Under the pieces are notes generated by a model. That model did no database searches. It worked only from the letters and a program-made list of their open reading frames with translations, and was not told where the DNA came from. Positions 48,863-52,755 of a DNA stretch of 52,755 nt are shown here, in pieces. Source of the stretch: a virus (lineage: Duplodnaviria; Caudoviricetes); IMG/VR virus record IMGVR_UViG_3300030406_006533, positions 1 through 52,755 of that record, one strand, 5' to 3'. A program made the position numbers and the translations under genes. Each line of letters starts with the position of its first letter. The first letter of the stretch is position 1.

Positions 48863-49518
48863 TGGGATATTTTAGAGAACTACCAAATTTACAATATCAA
48901 TCACCATTCACATCTCGTGTATCAAGTGATAGTTATGTGACTGTGAAAAATTTATTCCGTCGAATGAAAATACGTGATGATTTACAAAATGTATTCACTA
49001 TCTTCAATAAATTCACGATAAGTGATGGTGAGAGACCAGATACAGTTGCAAGGGATTTATATGGAAAATCTACACTTGACTGGGTTGTGTTAACAACTGC
49101 AGGAATAATCAATGTTCGTAATGAATGGCCTTTATCAAGTAAAGAATTATATGATTTTACGGTTGAAAAATATGGTCTCACAGAGATTAACAATGTTAGA
49201 CATTATGAAACAAAAGAAATTAAAAATAGTCGTGGGGTGGTAATTTTACCATCAGGAAACATTGTCGATGCTGGTTTTAGTGTAAGTTACTATGATGAAA
49301 GAAACATAACAACAACACCATCAGACACAGTGAGAGGTGTAACTTATTATGAATATGAAGTTAAAGAGAATGAAAAGAAAAGAAATATATTTGTTCTTCG
49401 TGCAGAATATCTACAACAATTTTTAAATGACATAAGAAATGAGATGACCTATAAGAGATCATCTCAATATGTAAACGATAAGTTAATTAAAACAGAAAAT
49501 ACAAGAGTAACAATTTAA
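48862..49518 (+). CDS. gp53: Baseplate wedge subunit gp53
   Basis: YFRELPNL.Y...KNLFRR....I.DGERPD.VA..LYG...LDWVVL....I.N...EWP. Confidence 0.9.
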   Translation: MGYFRELPNLQYQSPFTSRVSSDSYVTVKNLFRRMKIRDDLQNVFTIFNKFTISDGERPDTVARDLYGKSTLDWVVLTTAGIINVRNEWPLSSKELYDFTVEKYGLTEINNVRHYETKEIKNSRGVVILPSGNIVDAGFSVSYYDERNITTTPSDTVRGVTYYEYEVKENEKKRNIFVLRAEYLQQFLNDIRNEMTYKRSSQYVNDKLIKTENTRVTI

Positions 49519-50403
49519 TTACTCATCTGCAAGTTTCTGAAAATATGAAAGTGTATCATCATCATCTTCGTTTACAGATGATGGAGTTGTAGATACGGCA
49601 GCAGTAACTAACTCTTCGGCAGCACCACGATCAGTATCTTCTTCTTCGATTGAACTAGTTGGTCTTTTACTACCAAGCACATACTCTAGACGTTTTTTCA
49701 AGTCATCATATGATTTAAACTGGTCGGCTTCAACAAATTCTTTTAAAGAACTTTCTTTCTTCCAGACAGCTTCAAGTGCGTCATCATCATCAAGTAAAGG
49801 AGTAACAGCAGTAAATTCAGAACTATCATAGTTTCTATATCCTGCTACATTCTTTGCCTTCAACTTAAAGTTTGCCCCTTGCCAGAAATCGAATGGATCG
49901 ATTGCTTCCTCATCCTCAAACTCAGGTTGCATTGCTGCAGTGAGTTTATCAAAGATTTTTTTCCCATACTTGTATAGAAATACTTTACCTTCGTTCTCAG
50001 GATTCGCAGGATCTTTCACAACATAGATGTTACTAATATAAGTTAACTTACGTTTCTGCTTACGAGCAGCATCTTTACCTGCGTCAGTTCCATTATTCCA
50101 TAATTGAGAATTGTATTCTGATACAGGATCTTTTTGTCCAAGTGTGGTAAGAGAGTTCTCTATATACCATCCACCAGGACCTTGGAATGCATGACTATAA
50201 AGTTTTACAAATGGAAGATCTTCTCCATTTGGTGCTGGAAGGAATCGAATAACGGCATATCCGTTACCTGATTTATCTACTTCTAGTTTCCATAAACGGT
50301 CATCTCCTGATGCACCGTTGGTGTTTAATTTTTCAACTTCTTTAACTAATTTTGCGGTTAAAGAACCTAATTTTGATTGCTTTTTAAGATTAGCAAATGA
50401 CAT
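49519..50403 (-). CDS. gp32: Single-stranded DNA-binding protein gp32
   Basis: D.R.WK...DK.GNG.AVIRFLP...YSH.F...GGWYIEN, KYGKKIFDK, acidic C-terminal tail. Confidence 0.96.
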   Translation of the reverse strand: MSFANLKKQSKLGSLTAKLVKEVEKLNTNGASGDDRLWKLEVDKSGNGYAVIRFLPAPNGEDLPFVKLYSHAFQGPGGWYIENSLTTLGQKDPVSEYNSQLWNNGTDAGKDAARKQKRKLTYISNIYVVKDPANPENEGKVFLYKYGKKIFDKLTAAMQPEFEDEEAIDPFDFWQGANFKLKAKNVAGYRNYDSSEFTAVTPLLDDDDALEAVWKKESSLKEFVEADQFKSYDDLKKRLEYVLGSKRPTSSIEEEDTDRGAAEELVTAAVSTTPSSVNEDDDDTLSYFQKLADE

Positions 50404-50438
50404 TTGGATACCTCGGATTAAATTGGATTTCGTTGGAT
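50404..50438 (-). repeat. Four ATCC(A/G)A repeats in the gp32 5' leader
   Basis: Copies at 50404, 50413, 50423 and 50433. Confidence 0.8.
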
Positions 50439-50444
50439 GTTTAG

Positions 50445-50473
50445 ATTATAACAGATTAATCATCTATTGTCAA
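50445..50473 (-). promoter_or_regulatory. Consensus sigma70-type early promoter TTGACA-N17-TATAAT with extended -10 TG
   Basis: -35 at 50473-50468, -10 at 50450-50445, directly upstream of gp32. Confidence 0.88.
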
Positions 50474-50795
50474 TTTTATCTTTAAGTTGTGAAATGGTTT
50501 TCTTCATTCCATCAAAAAGTAAATTCATATCAGTCCCCGTAGGAAAACCCATCAAGGGAATTGATTGTTGTAAATGTTTTTTCATTCTGATAGCTTCAGG
50601 ATCATCAGACAAAGATAATCTGGCGTACATTACCATTTGTTTTTCTAATAATTCTGTCAAAAGTTCAATGTGTTCCACCTTTTCAGATCGATCCATATCA
50701 GGAAATAACATTATATTACCATAAAGATTTTTTTGAAGTTCATTAATCTCTTCAAGTTCTTCTTGAATAATTTCCGAATCAAAAAATTTACTCAT
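50460..50795 (-). CDS. Conserved cyanophage/cyanobacterial protein, DUF1825-like
   Basis: FFDSEI.QEE...I..LQ.......L.EKQ....RL.LSDDP.A pattern. Confidence 0.8.
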   Translation of the reverse strand: MSKFFDSEIIQEELEEINELQKNLYGNIMLFPDMDRSEKVEHIELLTELLEKQMVMYARLSLSDDPEAIRMKKHLQQSIPLMGFPTGTDMNLLFDGMKKTISQLKDKIDNR

Positions 50796-50859
50796 TAATA
50801 ATCTCTCTAAAAATTTTTTTATATTGGAACATATTAATATTTAGGAAAGGACATATACT
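50788..50859 (-). pseudogene. Relic duplicate of the gp59 3' end (PFLNINMFQYKKIFREIINE*)
   Basis: Aligns codon for codon with gp59 PFLHINVLQYKKILRQLINE* at 51570-51640. Confidence 0.85.
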
Positions 50860-50866
50860 GTTGATA

Positions 50867-51577
50867 TTATAGTATTACATCAAACTGATATTCTGCTTCT
50901 GTCTTTGATTTATGAAAGACTGATATATTGGGATAAGTAGATATACAATTTATATTTCTGTAAATTACAGGATCTATTCCATAAGATTCATACTTAGCAA
51001 CATCATCTTTATCAACAACACGTTTATAATCTATAGGAGATTGATATCCTTTTTGCCACGATACATAATTGATCATATCAATCAATTGCTTAGTATAATT
51101 AATAAAGGAATTGGAATCATATCCACCACCATATCTTTCCCAATATGAAGTGTGAGTATCTTCTACAATATAAATCCCACCAGGATTAAGTTTAGGAAAA
51201 AGATGTTTAAAGGTTATAATCTGATGTTCGTTCATATGACTTGCATCATCAATTACAATATCAAATGGACCTTCTTCTTCACTAATAGCGTCTAATAATT
51301 CAGTATTAGTTTGACTACCAACCCAAATATTACCAACAGTAGAAGATGGAAGAGATTCATCAATCTCTATACCACATATATGACAATTTGGAAATACTTT
51401 CTTTAGTAATTCCATGCCTTTTCCATTATCAACACCTATTTCCAATATACGAATGACTTGCTCTCTATCATAATCAACAAAAAGATGCTTATATATATCC
51501 CAATACTCAGGATGTTTACTGGAGTAACTTGATTGATTCCATAACTCTTTTATCTCTTCAAATACAGTTTTACTCAT
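50867..51577 (-). CDS. Class I SAM-dependent methyltransferase (MycE/TylE-like sugar O-methyltransferase type)
   Basis: ILEIGV..G, G.EID, GSQ, FDIVIDDASH...HQ...F..LF..L.PGG.Y.VED..TSYW. Confidence 0.85.
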   Translation of the reverse strand: MSKTVFEEIKELWNQSSYSSKHPEYWDIYKHLFVDYDREQVIRILEIGVDNGKGMELLKKVFPNCHICGIEIDESLPSSTVGNIWVGSQTNTELLDAISEEEGPFDIVIDDASHMNEHQIITFKHLFPKLNPGGIYIVEDTHTSYWERYGGGYDSNSFINYTKQLIDMINYVSWQKGYQSPIDYKRVVDKDDVAKYESYGIDPVIYRNINCISTYPNISVFHKSKTEAEYQFDVIL

Positions 51578-52166
51578 TGATTAATTGCCTTAAGATTTTT
51601 TTATATTGTAACACATTAATGTGTAGAAAAGGAATATACTTTTTCATTTTCATATTAACGGTTTCCCACACTGGATCTTTTAATTTGTGATTAAATTTTT
51701 TCCCAAAAGAAAAAATTTTTTCGAAGATCACTAAAGTTTCTAAACTTATCTCTCCTCCCAGATATTTTTTGAGTATCGGTGGATGACCTCTCGAACAATT
51801 GAATACTTCTTCTAATTTTTTTTCCGATAGTAATTTTTTTGATTGTTCTTTGAACAAGTACGTCAAACTCTGCTGTCGTCTCATCCAATCTGCGTACGTT
51901 CTTTCTCCAGAATTTATAATTTCTCCAATCCATAAGTTCTGTGGGGTGTTAGTGGTTACAAAATTTGCTAACAAAAAATCTGTAATCTCTTGATCAGAGT
52001 ATTTTCTTGATGTTTTCTCAAACCAATACTTATCTTTCCTTTTATTAAACGATGTCATGGTAGCTCTTGATTTTCCTCCATATTTAAAGAAGTCATATCT
52101 TTTATTTGTGAAATGACTTTTCATCGAAAGATATGTCTGATAGGTTTCAAACGGTGTCACTTTCAT
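51570..52166 (-). CDS. gp59: Helicase loader gp59
   Basis: PFE.Y..YL.MK.HF....YD..KY.GK......F..R.D.Y.F.K, ISLET..I. Confidence 0.9.
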   Translation of the reverse strand: MKVTPFETYQTYLSMKSHFTNKRYDFFKYGGKSRATMTSFNKRKDKYWFEKTSRKYSDQEITDFLLANFVTTNTPQNLWIGEIINSGERTYADWMRRQQSLTYLFKEQSKKLLSEKKLEEVFNCSRGHPPILKKYLGGEISLETLVIFEKIFSFGKKFNHKLKDPVWETVNMKMKKYIPFLHINVLQYKKILRQLINE

Positions 52167-52347
52167 CTACGTCCTCACTTTCTAATTCTGTAATTGCATC
52201 GACAGGGACTTCATTATCACCTATCATATACCAATGTTGGTTAATACCAATACTATCAGGTCTAACACCCAGATATGCTAGGTCAGGGAAACTATGTTCT
52301 CTTAACATTGCCTGTAGTCTCCAATGTATAAGTTCAGATTTTTTCAT
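52147..52347 (-). CDS. Hypothetical protein (66 aa)
   Basis: Coupled to gp33 (TAATG); fills the gap before gp59. Confidence 0.65.
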   Translation of the reverse strand: MKKSELIHWRLQAMLREHSFPDLAYLGVRPDSIGINQHWYMIGDNEVPVDAITELESEDVDESDTV

Positions 52348-52607
52348 TATAAAGGTAGTTTAGCACGAGAAGTCTTCTTCATAAAGTTTAACTGAATTGC
52401 ATCATATTTCAACCTTTCTTTAAGAGGTTTTGTAACAAGTTTAGATACTGATTGTATCTCAATATCGTTCATTTCACAATACTGACATATCGCATCGATG
52501 TAATTTATTTTTTCTTCTGCAACTATCTTCTCAATCTCCATCGAAAATTTAGTGGGAGTTAAGAACTTACTCTCCATTGCTTTTTCGAGTTCTTTATTTG
52601 GTTCCAT
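52347..52607 (-). CDS. gp33: Late transcription co-activator gp33 (start corrected to MEPNKEL at 52607)
   Basis: KFS.EIE..V......YIDAI..YCE.N.IE.....KL...PLKE.L..DA..LNF.K......LPL. Confidence 0.92.
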   Translation of the reverse strand: MEPNKELEKAMESKFLTPTKFSMEIEKIVAEEKINYIDAICQYCEMNDIEIQSVSKLVTKPLKERLKYDAIQLNFMKKTSRAKLPL

Positions 52608-52755
52608 AAAACTCCAGTTTGTCTTTAACAAATTTGTCGATGTATCTACTAAGAAGTCTGATATACTTGGTTTTGTCGGTCTCTTCATAAACAATGCATT
52701 CTCCATTTTCACATGCCATAATAATGACTAATTTTTTAATTGCTATATCTTTCAT
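52594..52755 (-). CDS. 3' end of upstream gene, probably the conserved cyanophage exonuclease
   Basis: Manual translation ...IKKLVIIMACENGECIVYEETDKTKYIRLLSRYIDKFVKDKLEFYGTK*; overlaps the gp33 start. Confidence 0.65.
   Translation of the reverse strand: MKDIAIKKLVIIMACENGECIVYEETDKTKYIRLLSRYIDKFVKDKLEFYGTK

Noticed and set aside
52608-52712. N-terminal extension of gp33 in the ORF track
   Set aside because: Lies within the upstream gene in another frame; gp33 similarity begins near 52607

Overview
AT-rich segment of a T4-like marine cyanomyovirus (Kyanoviridae-type, most similar in style to Prochlorococcus-infecting myophages; assigned from recognisable gene families and order, not from a database search). 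Positions ~38.5-52.7 kb hold the conserved core: gp33, gp59, gp32, gp53, gp48, gp2-like, gp4, gp54-like, gp26, gp51, hub genes and gp5. Positions 1-38.5 kb are a minus-strand block of very large virion/tail-fibre genes (1845, 4571, 2804 and 1495 aa) plus a subtilase, many preceded by T4-type late promoters (NATAAATA/CTAAATA). Most notable: (1) the giant fibres are mosaics of interchangeable cassettes joined by a conserved GxVGIGT linker, with 100-128 bp nucleotide-identical blocks shared within and between genes; (2) a type-1-copper (cupredoxin-like) module is inserted in one fibre and, apparently circularly permuted, inside the subtilase catalytic domain; (3) a SAM methyltransferase has inserted into the 3' end of gp59, leaving a diverged duplicate of that end; (4) a GNRA-capped hairpin leads the 4571-aa gene; (5) a fibre motif appears split between two genes. 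No tRNA, rRNA, CRISPR array, integrase or reverse transcriptase was seen.
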